A stretch of DNA of 64,000 nucleotides from positions 62,001 to 126,000 of the forward strand of contig JAXLNO010000351.1 of NCBI GenBank assembly GCA_038087875.1. The letters run 5' to 3'. The notes beneath the pieces were generated by a model. It ran no database searches and had not been told where the DNA came from. It was given only the letters and a program-made list of their open reading frames with translations. The DNA comes from Malacoraja senta (lineage: Eukaryota). Positions 1-11,361 of the stretch are shown piece after piece. Every line of letters begins with the position of its first letter. The first letter of the stretch is position 1. The translations under genes and the position numbers were made by a program.

Positions 1-77
1 ACCCACCCCCCTACCCCCTCTCGCCTCCCCCTTTGCCCCCTCAGGTTGAACCGGACGTGCCTCATGAGGGGGTGGGT

Positions 78-316
78 CGGGTCAGGCCAGGCAGCATCTG
101 TGGAGAAAAGGGGATGTTTTTTGGTCACGACCCTTCTTCTGCAGACCTGAAACGTGGCCTATCCACGTTGAGCATAGATACTGCCTGACCTGTTATGTTA
201 CTCCAACACTCTGTGTCTTTTTGTGTATGAACCAGCATCTGCAGTTCCTTGTGTCTGCCAAAGATAGGCACAAAGTGCTGGGGGAAATATGGGCAACGTT
301 TCAGGTTTCGGGTCAT
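78..316. mobile_element. Penelope-like element terminal fragments in alternating orientations, with a decayed hammerhead-type core
   Basis: The minus strand reads gaagaagggtcgtgacc...cagatgctgcctg. The plus strand reads gacctgaaacgt...gatactgcctgacctg...ttactccaacact...accagcatctgcagttcc. A third inverted piece lies at 290-315. These resemble the CTGAAGA-stem-GAAAC terminus of vertebrate PLEs (recognised from memory). Confidence 0.55.
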
Positions 317-329
317 TGGCTACTTGTCG

Positions 330-1325
330 ATGTTGTGAGTGTGTTGGTGAGTGTAAGTGTGTGGGTGAGGGAGTGTGTGGGAGAGAGTGTAAGGGAGTGT
401 GTGGGTGAGGGAGTGTGTGGGTGAGTGTGTGAGGCAGTGTGTGGGTGAGGGTGTGTGTGGGTGAGGAAATGTGTGGGTGGGTGAGAGTGCGTGAGAGAGT
501 GAGGGAGTATGTGGGAGGGTGCGTGAGTGGGTATGGGTGTGTGTGTGTGTATGTGAGTGTGGGTGAGTGTGTGTGTTTGTGGGTGAGGCGGTGTGGGTGA
601 GAGTGGGTGAGAGTGCGTGAGAGAGTGAGGAGTATGTGGGAGTGTGCATGAGTGTGGGTATGGGTGTGTGTGTGTATGTGCGTGGGTGAGTGTGTGTTTG
701 TGGGTGAGGCGGTGTGGGTGTGTGTGGGTGAGAGTGCGTGAGAGAGTGAGGGAGTATGTGGGAGTGTGCGTGAGTGTGTGGGTATGGGTGTGTGTGTGTG
801 TATGTGGGTGAGGCGGGTGTGTGTGTGTGGGTGGGAGTGGGTGTGGGAATGTGTGAGAAGGTGGGTGAGGCGGTGTGGGTGTGTGCGCAGTGAATGTGGG
901 TGTGGGGATGAATGTGAGAGTGTGGGTATTTGTCGGTGTGGGTATGTGGGATGTGAGTGTGTGTTTGTGGGTGTGGGGGTCTAGAGATGTGTGTGTGGGA
1001 GTGGGTAAGTGTGTGGGTAAGTGGGCATGAGTGGGTGAGTGTGTGGGAGTGGGTGTAAGTGGGTGTGTGTGTGTGTGTGTAGCATGAGTGGGGTTGTGTG
1101 TGGGGGGTGTGCGTGTATGTGTGGGTATGTGAGGGAGTGTGGGTGTGTGTGTGTGGGTGTGTGTGGGGAATGGGTAAGTGTGTGAGTGTATGGCATAAGT
1201 GGGTTTGTGTGAGTGTGTGTGGGTATGTGTTTGTGTGGGTTTGTGTGGGTATGTATGAGTGTGTGGGTGAGTGTGTGTGGGTATGTGTGAGTGTGTGGGT
1301 GTGGAGGTGAGTGGGTGAGTGTGTC
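330..1325. repeat. GT-rich low-complexity / (GT)n-derived repeat
   Basis: Continuous gtgtgtgggtgag-type sequence; its ORFs are H/T or V/C dipeptide runs. Confidence 0.95.
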
Positions 1326-1443
1326 AGTGCACCCGTGCAATATTTTGTTATTATTAAATTAAATATATGTGTTATTGTACTAGTTATGCACTGGGATGTA
1401 GTGATAGGCTATAATCTTGTTTGACCCTCTTGGGAGACTAGCT

Positions 1444-1444
<1 letters not shown>

Positions 1445-1504
<60 letters not shown>

Positions 1505-1532
1505 ACCCCCCCCCCCCCCCCCCCACCCCCCC

Positions 1533-1574
<42 letters not shown>

Positions 1575-1595
1575 ACCACCCCCACCCCCCCCACC

Positions 1596-1634
<39 letters not shown>

Positions 1635-1638
1635 CCCC
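1445..1638. repeat. poly-C tract
   Basis: About 190 nt of almost pure C. Confidence 0.97.
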
Positions 1639-2016
1639 CAACAAGCAAAACCTGAAGTGACGTCCCTGTTTGACACTCCGGCACCTACAGAATGAGCACT
1701 GCAACACTGGGAGCGGCGGGGAACTTACACCTCAGTTTGCTCCAGGCTATCAAGTTGAGGGTTTCCATGACATATTGAAATCACAATAGCATTTCATCCT
1801 TCCCATTAATGTGGTTGCATAAAACATTATGATTTTGTGGTTAACCTTGATTGGTGGCTACAAGTTTTGTTTTGAATTTCTTCCATTTGTTTTACTTAAG
1901 TTCTTTTTTGAGTTCATTAAATTGATAAACTGACATTTCTTTATGTTTTTCTACAGCCTGCAAAATGTGCCAAATATATAATGTGGCCCTCATGGAGAAA
2001 CGTTTGGAGGCCCTGT

Positions 2017-2372
2017 TGTAAGGTATAATTTAACAACATTACAGTATAAATTAAGGGTAAACAAGCAAGCAAATGGTGTCATTTAAAGGTATAATTATCA
2101 AAAATGTCCTGTGTAAAGGGTACTTCTCTCTAATTAGAGTAAACAAGCAAGGAACAGGTATCATGTTACAAGGAGGTGTAGGTGGAATATAAAATATTTA
2201 CAATATGACAAGTGTAAACAAGCAAGGTCATTTTAAGGTATGATTATCACACATTTTGTGTGTAAATTAAGAAGTGACAAGCAAGTAAAGTGTGTTATTT
2301 TCAGCTACAATAAATTACAGTATAGATTTAGGGTCAATAGGCAAGAAATGGTGTCATTTTAAGGTGCAATTA
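2017..2372 (+). repeat. degenerate ~65-80 bp tandem repeat
   Basis: gtaaacaagcaag...gtcattt(t)aaggtataatt recurs at about 2058, 2139, 2213, 2277 and 2340. Confidence 0.65.
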
Positions 2373-2431
2373 CCACATTTTTCTGGACCCCAATCTCTCT
2401 TCCTCCTTTTTCAGTTTTTTCCTGTCTCACG

Positions 2432-2568
2432 CCTGATGACTAGAGGTCAGTGCGACAGGCCTGTAATCTTTAAGACCAGCAATCCTTGTCTTTTTGGGTA
2501 CAGGGACAATGGTGCAGACTTCGAAGCAGTTAGGGGACAGTACAGGTTTGCAGGGACTGGTTGAAAAG
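2432..2568 (-). mobile_element. Rex1/Babar-like LINE reverse transcriptase fragment
   Basis: The minus strand translates, across one frameshift, to [40 protein letters not shown], the typical Rex1/Babar RT domain 0-1 motif. Confidence 0.75.
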
Positions 2569-2667
2569 CAGTTTTCCATTATCATGGTTTCAGATTGAAT
2601 AACTAAGAGATGAGAAAATGGACCATCACTGCTCTAATGAAGTGCGAATATGGACAAGTTAACCATC

Positions 2668-3153
2668 TTGTGTGTAATTAATTATTATGTGGTTTAGTCT
2701 CATTCTGTGCAACATGGACTAATGGATTGACTGATCACCTTCTCAGATTTCCCTGAAAATCAGTGCCTGTACATCAGAGCACACAAGTAACACAACAGAA
2801 AACAAGGTCTCAACTCCAAATTGCAATGGGCCTTTGGCAAATTTTCGAGCTATATAAATGGTTCATAACTTCGAAGGAACTTGAGTTGAAAGTTGATTTT
2901 TCTGCTGTGTTCTTTGTACCAGAGGTGTGCAAAACATGATATTCAATCAAATCTGAGATGGCGACCAGCCGACCTTCTTACTTGCTGTTATTTGGTACAG
3001 AATCAAATCATCCAATACCAAGCAATTTATGTACAAGTCTCCGATAAACCATCAATGTTTACTGAATTTTGGTCCTTGGAAATGGGATTTTTGGACCTTA
3101 AGTCTTTGAATTTATAGCTGTTCCAAGTGTACGCACCCTTGTATGAGAAATAA
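2668..3153. repeat. ~485 bp dispersed duplication, copy 1 (copy 2 at 15662-16149)
   Basis: Colinear, high-identity direct match from ttgtgtgtaattaattattatgt to gtatgagaaataa. Confidence 0.92.
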
Positions 3154-3397
3154 AGTGGATGAGCTTGAGGCTCCGTTAGAAATTGGCAAGTTATAATGTC
3201 ATGGGAATTAGAGACATGGCTGCAAGAGGACCAGGGCTGGGAACTGAATATTCAGGGGTATACGTACGCTCGAAAAGACAGACAGACAGGTGGGCAGAGA
3301 GGCTGGGGTAGCTCTGTTGGTGAGGAATGAAATTCAGTCCCTTACGAGGGATGACATAGAATCAGGAGATGTGGAGTCAGTACGGATAGAACTGAGG
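3146..3397 (+). mobile_element. CR1-type LINE ORF2 AP-endonuclease N-terminal fragment
   Basis: RNKVDELEA...ETWLQEDQGWELNIQGY...GVALLVRNEIQSL...DVESVRIELR, frameshifted. Confidence 0.85.
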
Positions 3398-3939
3398 CCC
3401 GGACCAGCGAAACTGCCGCCCGCAGCCGCCGACTCTCACCGCCTCCCCGGGCGTGGCCACTGTCGCCGACCTTCACTGTCACCACGACCACCGATGCTGC
3501 TGCCCGTATCTCTACTCCAGCCCCCCCCCCCCAACGGGCCTCCACCAGCGACTCCGCCCGCCGACCCTCCCTCGTCTCTCCATCGGCCACCAGCGGGCCA
3601 GAGCCGTCACCTCACCAGAGTTCCCGGCTCAGCACCAGGCCCACAACCTCCACCATGCAGACAGCACGTGGTCTGTCTCTGCTGGGTCCTAGTGCTCCAT
3701 CCCCCTACAGGGAGTGTAGTGATGGGTCTTCCCCTTCCCCCTCTTATAATCAGGTTACCTCGACCACACACCTGCTAGATAAAATTCCCCACTTTATTAT
3801 AGGGAGGTTGCACGGCAGTCAGGTCACGACCCGTGACCCGTACTGTTGCCACGCTACGCCAACTGGAGTACATACGATGAACTTCAGGTAAACACTTACC
3901 ATTGTTTCCAGCGTAGTGGGCCCGTTAAAAACCGCCGCC

Positions 3940-4159
3940 ATGGCCAATGTTTGCGCTGTAAATAATTATGGAAATCGGGGTAAGCGTGAGAGACATTTAT
4001 CCTACTTCAGAATTCCATAAGTGAGGAGAAATGACGGTAGATAGAAGCAACAGCTGAAGGGACAACAGTAGCTAAAGTGATTGGCGGACATTGGCCGTGC
4101 AAATATCAAGATTGAAAATATTGGGAATTAACACGTTTGCTCACTGCATTTCATCAACA
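3940..4159 (+). pseudogene. THAP zinc-finger exon, left arm; several stop codons
   Basis: gccgccATGg Kozak context, MANVCAVNN...VCSLHFIN, then gtaagg. It is the inverted homologue of 4652-4930. Confidence 0.7.
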
Positions 4160-4651
4160 GTAAGGCATTATTTGTGTTTTTGCTTGATTCCTTTGGTATC
4201 TAAAAAGTTTCACAAGTGATAAATCTGGCTGTAAAATTTTAAAAACGCCCATGGTTCTCAAGTGGGTTTTTACATACAAAACGAAAACACTTCTGAAGCA
4301 AAATTTATCCTTCAAAAATGGCAAACCGTACATGGGTTTTGAATTACATTTGACTCAGATGCAAGCCAAGGAATGGCATACTTGTTAGCTGTTAATTGGA
4401 CATAATCAACCTCAGTAAATTGACAATATCCTATTGGAAGGGAGTGGGTGTTTAAGCTGTCAGAACATTTTATTATTTGCCAAAATATACATCTCAATAC
4501 CATAATGATAGAAAACTTACTTTTCCACACACCACTTGTAAGTCTGGAGATTTTTTTAATGATAAATTTAGCTTCAGAAGCATTTTCTTTTTGCATGTAC
4601 AAACCCACTTCAGAACCATGAGCGATTTTTACAATTTTACAGCCAGATTCA

Positions 4652-4930
4652 TCACTTCTGAAACGTTTTAGATAGCAAATGAATAAAGAAAAACATACAT
4701 AATGCCTTACTGTTGATGAAATGCAGTGAGCAAAGGTGATAATTCCCAATATTTTCCAATTTGATATCTGCATGGCCAATGTTCGCCAAGCACTTTAACT
4801 GTTGTTGTCCCTTCAGCTCTCGCTTCTCTTTACCTTTATTTCGTTTCACTTTTGGAATTCTGCAGTAGGATAGATGTCTCTCACGGTTACCCCGATTTCC
4901 ACAATTATTTACAGCGCAAAAATTCAACAT
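4652..4930 (-). pseudogene. THAP (C2CH) zinc-finger exon of the transposon, right arm; open frame
   Basis: MLNFCAVNNC...RIPK...LANI...LCSLHF fits the THAP pattern CxxxxC-P-(W)-CSxHF, with the conserved W read as C. A GTAAGG donor follows HFIN. Confidence 0.75.
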
Positions 4931-5074
4931 TTTGGCGGTTTTTTAACAGGTGGGAAAGTACGCGTTTCTTGCATTAATAACATATACCGGAAGTTACGTT
5001 TGTCTTCTAAATGGATTGAGCGGCTCCGTGAGTCAAGCCGTATGACCCAGTGACCTTACGTGCAACCCCCCTAT

Positions 5075-5293
5075 AGCTACTTCCCCACAACTTCAAACAA
5101 ACTCTGAACATTAATAGCCCATTGCTCTTTATCTGCTTATTTATGTGTGTGTGTATATATATTCAATGGTATATGGACACACTGATCTGTATTTATTTAT
5201 GCCTGCAATATTCTGTTGTGCTGAAGCAAAGCAAGAATTTCATTGTCCTATCTGGGACACATTGACAATATACTCTCTTGAATCTTGAATCTT
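5075..5293 (+). mobile_element. LINE 3' UTR remnant (Rex1/Babar-like) with a (TTGAATC)n tail
   Basis: aagcaagaatttcattgtcc...gggacac hairpin followed by ttgaatcttgaatctt. Confidence 0.5.
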
Positions 5294-5425
5294 AAATCGC
5301 TTGGAAGTTCAATGCATTAAATCGCTTGCACTAATCTTGCAGAACCACTTAAAAATGTTAAGTGCAACACATGCATCGCATTGGAATAACTTTGCACCTC
5401 CTGCAACGTTAAATGCAGGAAATAG
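5294..5425. repeat. left part of a ~110-140 bp tandem repeat split by the LINE at 5426-9348
   Basis: cgcttggaagttcaatgcattaaatcgc...gcaacgttaa matches 9478-9600. Confidence 0.85.
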
Positions 5426-8400
5426 TTTTTTTTTTTTTTTTTTTTAATTTTATTTATTTATTCCGAACAAGTAAAGACATTAAAGACATTAATATTAACA
5501 AAATCGAAATTATCAAACAATTGGACATTACAATCAATATTTACAAAGCAATGAGAAGAACAAAATCAAAGTTCCAATGTCCAACTCTGTGTCTGTACAA
5601 GCTCGAAAAGGAGTGAGAAGAAGAATAACTTATTAAATCTCACCCCTTTTCCCCAACACCTTCTACATATTTAAAAATCAATTCATTACTAATAATAATA
5701 CTACCCTAGGCAATTTCCCATAATACCTACAGACATATATATACATACAACTATTATGTACATACAAACTTCATATCTGAAGTACCCAAACATAAGTAAA
5801 CAATAGTAAAGCAAGATAAACATCAACCCCCACTTGTCAACCATCCCCTCCATCCCTGTACCCCTTGAGAATTATTTTTTTATATCATTTTTAAATGATT
5901 CATGTTTGTGCATTGCTTCAATTCCCCGTTCAATTTATTCCACACTCCTACTCCACAAACCGAAATACAAAAGGTTTTTCTAGTCGTACGGACTTTTTGT
6001 TTCTTAAAATTAAATATTCCTCTTAAATTGTAACCCCCCACACGCTCGTTAAATAATTTTTGAATGTTTCCAGGTAAATTTTTATTTTTGGCCCTAAACA
6101 TTATCTGAGCTGTTTTGAATGTAACCAAATCTTCTAATTTAATAATTTTGACTCTAAAAATAATGGATTCGTATGACCCAGATACTTAGCATTATGGATA
6201 TACGAATTGCTCTTTTTTGCACCATGGTTAATGAGTGTATCGAATTTTTATAATTATTACCCCAGACTTCTGCACAATAATTTAAGTAGGGTAAAATTAA
6301 TGAACAATAAAGAATACGGAGTGATTTGTAATCCAGAGCTTGCTTGGCTTTGTATAATACAGAGATACTTTTGACAATTTTAATTTTACATGTTTAATAT
6401 GTGATTTCCAGCTTATTTTATCGTCAATTATAACCCCAAGAAATTTATTTTCATGCACTCTTTCAACTTCCACCCCATTTATCTTTATACTTACTAGTGT
6501 ATTTATTCTACAATTACCAAATAACATTATTTTAGTTTTACTCAGATTTAATGACAATTTTATTCCTATCAAACCATATTTTCAATTTACCCATTCTTTT
6601 ATTATTTTATCCAATAGCTGTTTTAAATTTTCCCAGAACAAAAAATATTTGTATCATCTGCAAACAAAACCAGCCTCAAGACATTGGACACATTACAAAT
6701 ATCATTTATGTACATGATAAATAATTTTGGGCCCAGCACTGACCCCTGTGGTACACCACACACAATGTCCATGCATGTAGAATTATGACTACCCAGATTT
6801 ACAAACTGTTGCCTGTTACTTAAGTAGCTTTTAATCCAGTCCAGTACTATTCCTCTAATTCCATACCTCTCCAATTTTTTAAATAAAATATCATGATTAA
6901 TTGTATCAAATGCTTTTTATGTCAATGAATATCCCAGCTGCATATAATTTCTTATCAATGGCGTTTGTGATGTCTTCAATTAATTCTAGTATTGCAAGTG
7001 ATGTTGATCTATTTGTTCTGAATCCATATTGACTTTCTGTGATTAATTTATTCTTTTCTACAAATTTGTCTAATCTATTATTAAACATTTTTTCTAATAT
7101 TTTGGAAAATTGTGGGAGTAAGGAAACAGGTCTATAGTTTGTAAAATGATGCTTGTTCCAGTTTTGTATATTGGTATTATTTTTGCTATTTTCATTTGAA
7201 TTGGAAAAGTACCGGTTTGGAAGGATAAATTACAGATGAATGTTAAAGGTTTGGAGATCCCCTCAATGACCATCTTAACTAGCGACATGTCAATGTCATT
7301 GAAATCGGTAGACTTTTTATTTTTACATGTTTTGACAATATCCAACAGTTCTTTTTCTTCTACTGCCGTAAGAAACATAGAGCAGGGATTTCTCTCCACT
7401 AAATTCTCAGGAGTTTCTCCAGATGTCCCTGAATCAGGGATTTGTTTAGCCAGGTCTGGTCCAATATTTACAAAAAAATTATTAAAGCTATTAGCTATAT
7501 CTTCCATATTGTAATTTTCCTTATCCTTATCAATAAAATACTTCGGGTAATTTGTTCTCCCCGGACCATTTCTAATAATGCTATTAAGTATGCTCCATAT
7601 TCTTTTTATATTGTCTTTATTGTCATCTAATTTCTTCTTATAATAATCTTTCTTGCTTTCTCTTATGATGTAAGTTAATTTATTTTTATACTTTTTATAT
7701 TTATTTTCTGTATCTTTAGTTCTCTCTCTTATAAAATCTCTGTATAGGGCTTTTTTTTTTTACAAGCATTTTGTAATCCCTTTGTAATCCATGGACATTT
7801 AGTATATTTTTGATTTTCTATTATATTCTTTAATTGGACAATTTTTATCATATAATGACTTAAACATAGCAATAAATGTTTCATAAGCACTATCAATATC
7901 TCTTTTCTGGTATATTATATCCTAGTTTTGTGCCAATAGATCCTTTTTTAGTGCATTGATAGCTTCCTCCGATCTCACTCGTCTATATTCTATTAATTTG
8001 TTTGGTTTGTTGTTCCTGTGGATATTATCATAAACTATAAAAACTGGCAGATGGTCACTTATATCATTAATTAATAATCCACTTACTATTTTATTTTCCA
8101 CATCATTATTAAATATATTGTCAATGAGTGTAGCGCAATGGGAAGTAATTCTACTCGGTCTAGTGATTTTAGGAAATAGACTCATGCTGTACATAGTATT
8201 AATAAAATCTTCTGTAAGGTTGTGTTGATTAGGATTTAGTAAGTCAAAATTGAAATCTCCACATAAAAACACTGATTTACTACTTGTTGTTGAAAACATA
8301 CTCTCCATCCAGCCCTGAGATTTCAATACTTGACCCCGGTGCCCTATATATACAACTAATGATTACATTTTAATTTCCACCATTAATTATTTCTATAGTT

Positions 8401-9348
8401 ATACATTCATGCAGATTGTCAACCACAGTTGTCATATTATCTACTACCTTATAATTCAGAGTTGTATCCACATATAGTGCTACCCCTCCTCCCCCCTTAT
8501 TTTTTCTATTGATGTAATTGAAATCATATCCGTCCATCTCAAAATCAATTCCTTTTCCTGATTAATCCATGTTTCAGATATTGCGATGACATTGAATGGC
8601 TGTAAATTTTTTGTAAATACTCTTTAATATTATTGAAATTCGCATAGAGGCTCCTGCTATTAAAGTGGATAATAGATAATTTGCCTTTTGCATTAATATT
8701 CTGATTATACTGTTCATACTGTTCCTCTGTGTAGTAGCAGCAGATATTTTTGTCGTTAGAATTAAAGTAAAAATTATTGTCCGGGTCTATATCGTATTCC
8801 AAATCCTGTAAATTGTGATCGGTATATTCAAATGGTTGTAACTTCGGTTGTTCCTTTTCGCTTATTATTTTAATTACTTGACTGCCATTTCCAGATGTAA
8901 ATGACTGAATTCCTTCAGTGTATGCCATAGTTGCGTGTGTAAATAAATTTCACCTCACAATCCCGTTTTACGATCATTGGTATTTGTCCAGGTCTGCAAT
9001 ATCTCTAATGACCAGCACTTTGGCTTCCTCTAGTGTTCCATTTAATTTAATAAAGATTTTACAGTTTGCAGTCCAGGTATTTAGTATTTTTTTCTGTTTC
9101 TTAAGGTATCGCGTGCTTGTCGGGCTATGTCGGCATTTCGTTTTGTTAGGTGTTCATTCATAAATACTTTTGTTCCCTTCAACTGTCTTCCTTGTTTTAG
9201 GAGACTAACTTTATATTTCCTGTTGACAAACCTTATTATGATGGCTGGTTTGTCATCGCTATTTTTATCCTCTTTGGATTTTCTCCTGGGCAGGGGGTGA
9301 CAAGCCTCGATGTTATCGCAGTCCAAGTGTATTCCTTTTGACTGCATT
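5426..9348 (-). mobile_element. L2-group (Crack/Daphne-like) LINE, 5'-truncated in ORF1; ORF2 (APE+RT) frameshifted; poly-A tail
   Basis: ORF1 piece IEACHPLP...IIIRFVNRK...LKGTKVFMNEHLT. ORF2 pieces DIDPDNN..IIHFNSRSL, CGDFN..SDHLP, QYGFR, GVPQGSVLGP..LFADDT. A poly-T run at 5426-5445 is the tail. Confidence 0.88.
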
Positions 9349-9700
9349 CAAGTGATATTGCAACCCCCCCTCGGAAGTTAAATGCATTAAATCGCTTTGC
9401 AATAATCGAGCAAAACCCTTCAGATGTTTAATGCAACGAATGCATCGCATTGGAATAACTGCACCCTCCTGCAACCCCGCTTGGAAGTTCAATGCATTAA
9501 ATCGCTTTGCACTAATCTTGCAGAACTCCTCAAAAATGTTAAATGCAACAAATGCATCGCGTTGGAATAACTTTGCACCATCCTGCAACGTTAAGTGCAG
9601 CAAATGCGTCGCATTAGTGATATTGCAACCCCCCGGGATGTGAAATGCATTAAATTGATTGCAATAATCTTGCAAAACCCCTCAGATATGAAATGCAACG
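9349..9700. repeat. right part of the ~110-140 bp tandem repeat (about 3 units)
   Basis: aatgcattaaatcgctttgca recurs at ~9381, 9491 and (degenerate) 9644. Confidence 0.85.
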
Positions 9701-9912
9701 GTGATGTCACAGAGGGGACGGCGGGGCAGGACATCCGGCCCTCTGACTGATCGGACGTCCCCATTGGCAGAGAGAGACGTCATTCAACCGGGCGGTGGGG
9801 CGGGACTTGCAGATGGCCGGAAGCGGCAAGTGATTGGTGGAGTGGGACGTCAGTCATAGGGTGGGAGAAGGAACCCGCCCCCTTGTCTCTCTCTGGTCCG
9901 CGTTGCAGACAG
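9700..9912. promoter_or_regulatory. small CpG-rich promoter-like segment
   Basis: Two ATTGG (CCAAT) boxes, two GACGTCA (CRE-like) sites, GGGGCGGG GC boxes and CCGGAAG (ETS) within 210 bp. Confidence 0.45.
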
Positions 9913-10840
9913 GAGTGAGAGAGAGGGAGAAGGAGAGAGAGAGAGAGAGAGGGCGAGATGGAGGAGTGTGGGCTGGGAGAGGGAGGGAAGGAGGAAAGGA
10001 GAAATTGAGGGAGAAATGAAGAATTGAGTGAAAATTTTGGATTTGAGTGAAAGAGAGGGGGAAGGTGGAAGGGAGGGAAGGAGAGATGGAGGGGAGAGAG
10101 AGAGAGAAAGAGAGAAAGAGGCGGGAGAGAGGAGAGGAGAGGAGAAAGAGAGAGAGGAGAGAGAGAGAGTGAGAAAGGAGAGAGGGAGAGGGAATATAGA
10201 GGAGAGGAGAGGCAGAGAGAGGGAAAGAGAAAGGAGAGAGGAAGCGGGAAAGATAGAGAGTAAGAGAGAGAGAGGGAGAGAGAGAAAGGAGAGGGAGATA
10301 GGAGAGGAGGGTGGAGAGGAGAGGAGAGGAGAGAGAGAGAGAGAGAGAGGGAGAGGGAAAGATAGATGGGAGAGAGGGAGACGGAAAGATAGAGGGCAGG
10401 GGAGGAGAGGAGAGGGGAGATAGATAGAGGGAAGGAGAGGAGAGAGAAATAGGGGAGGGAGATAGAGGGAGAGGGAAAGAGAGAGAGGGAGAGAGATGGA
10501 GGGGTGTGGGCTGCGGGAGGGAGGAGGGAAAGAGAAATTGAGTGAAAAATGAGGATTTGAGTGAAAGAGGGGGAAGGTGGGAGGGAAGGAGAGATGGAGG
10601 GGGAGAGAGAGAGAGAGCGAGAAAGGAGAGGGACAGGAGATGGGAGAGAGGGAGAGAGACAGAGAAAGGAGACAGGGAGAGGGCAAGATAGAGGAGAGGA
10701 GAGAGAGAGAGGGGGGAGAGAGAATGGAGAGAGGGAGAGGGAAAGATAGAGGACAGGAGAGGGAGAGAGAGAGGGGGTAGAGACAGAAAGGAGGGAGAGG
10801 GAAAGATAGAGGAGATGGGAGGGGAGGGGAGAGAGGGATG
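9913..10840. repeat. GA-rich polypurine tract with an internal duplication
   Basis: (GA)n/GGA runs; 9955-10090 is similar to 10493-10600. Confidence 0.93.
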
Positions 10841-10976
10841 AATTTTAAAGGAATTGTAGTCTTCACTTTAGGAGCAGATTTGCAAGTTTGACACCAGCAT
10901 CTGAAGAATTCAATCGTTAGTTAAGTTCATAATGGTGGCGTTCGTGTGCGAATGGAGGGCGTGCGTGTTTGCGGGC

Positions 10977-11272
10977 ACACAATACTCCAGATGTGGTCTC
11001 ACCAGGGCCCTGTACAAATGCAGAAGGACCTCTTTGCTCCTATACTCAACTCCTCTTGTTATGAAGGCCAACATGGCCAAAACTGTACACAATACTCCAG
11101 GTGTGGTCTCACCAGGGCCCTGTACAACTGCAGAAGGACCTCTTTGCTCCTATACTCAACTCCTCTTGTTATGGAGGCCAACATGACCAAAACTGTACAC
11201 AATACTCCAGGTGTGGTCTCACCAGGGCCCTGTACAACTGCAGAAGGACCTCTTTGCTCCTATACTCAACTC
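10977..11272 (-). mobile_element. CR1 ORF2 C-terminal fragment, tandemly triplicated (110-bp period)
   Basis: aatactccag at 10981, 11091 and 11201; the minus strand reads [33 protein letters not shown]. Confidence 0.9.
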
Positions 11273-11361
11273 TTTCTCGGTTTTCTTTCCTTTCCAAATA
11301 AAGTGAAAACATCTTTTACACTTTGTGGACAAGGCAATGTTTGAATTATGTTCTTCAACCA

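Larger units (their letters stand above)
3801..5072. mobile_element. non-autonomous DNA transposon (PIF/Harbinger-ISL2EU-like) with a THAP exon in each inverted arm
   Basis: Termini AGGGAGGTTGCACG...CGTGCAACCCCCCT (13/14 inverted match), flanked by AT on both sides. Segments ~3925-4315 and ~4555-4948 are long imperfect inverted repeats, each with a THAP-like coding segment. Confidence 0.8.

Noticed and set aside
1957..2022. Plus-strand exon after ttttttctacag (PAKCAKYIMWPSWRNVWRPCCK)
   Set aside because: The acceptor looks good, but the donor overlaps the adjacent tandem repeat and the peptide is unrecognisable.
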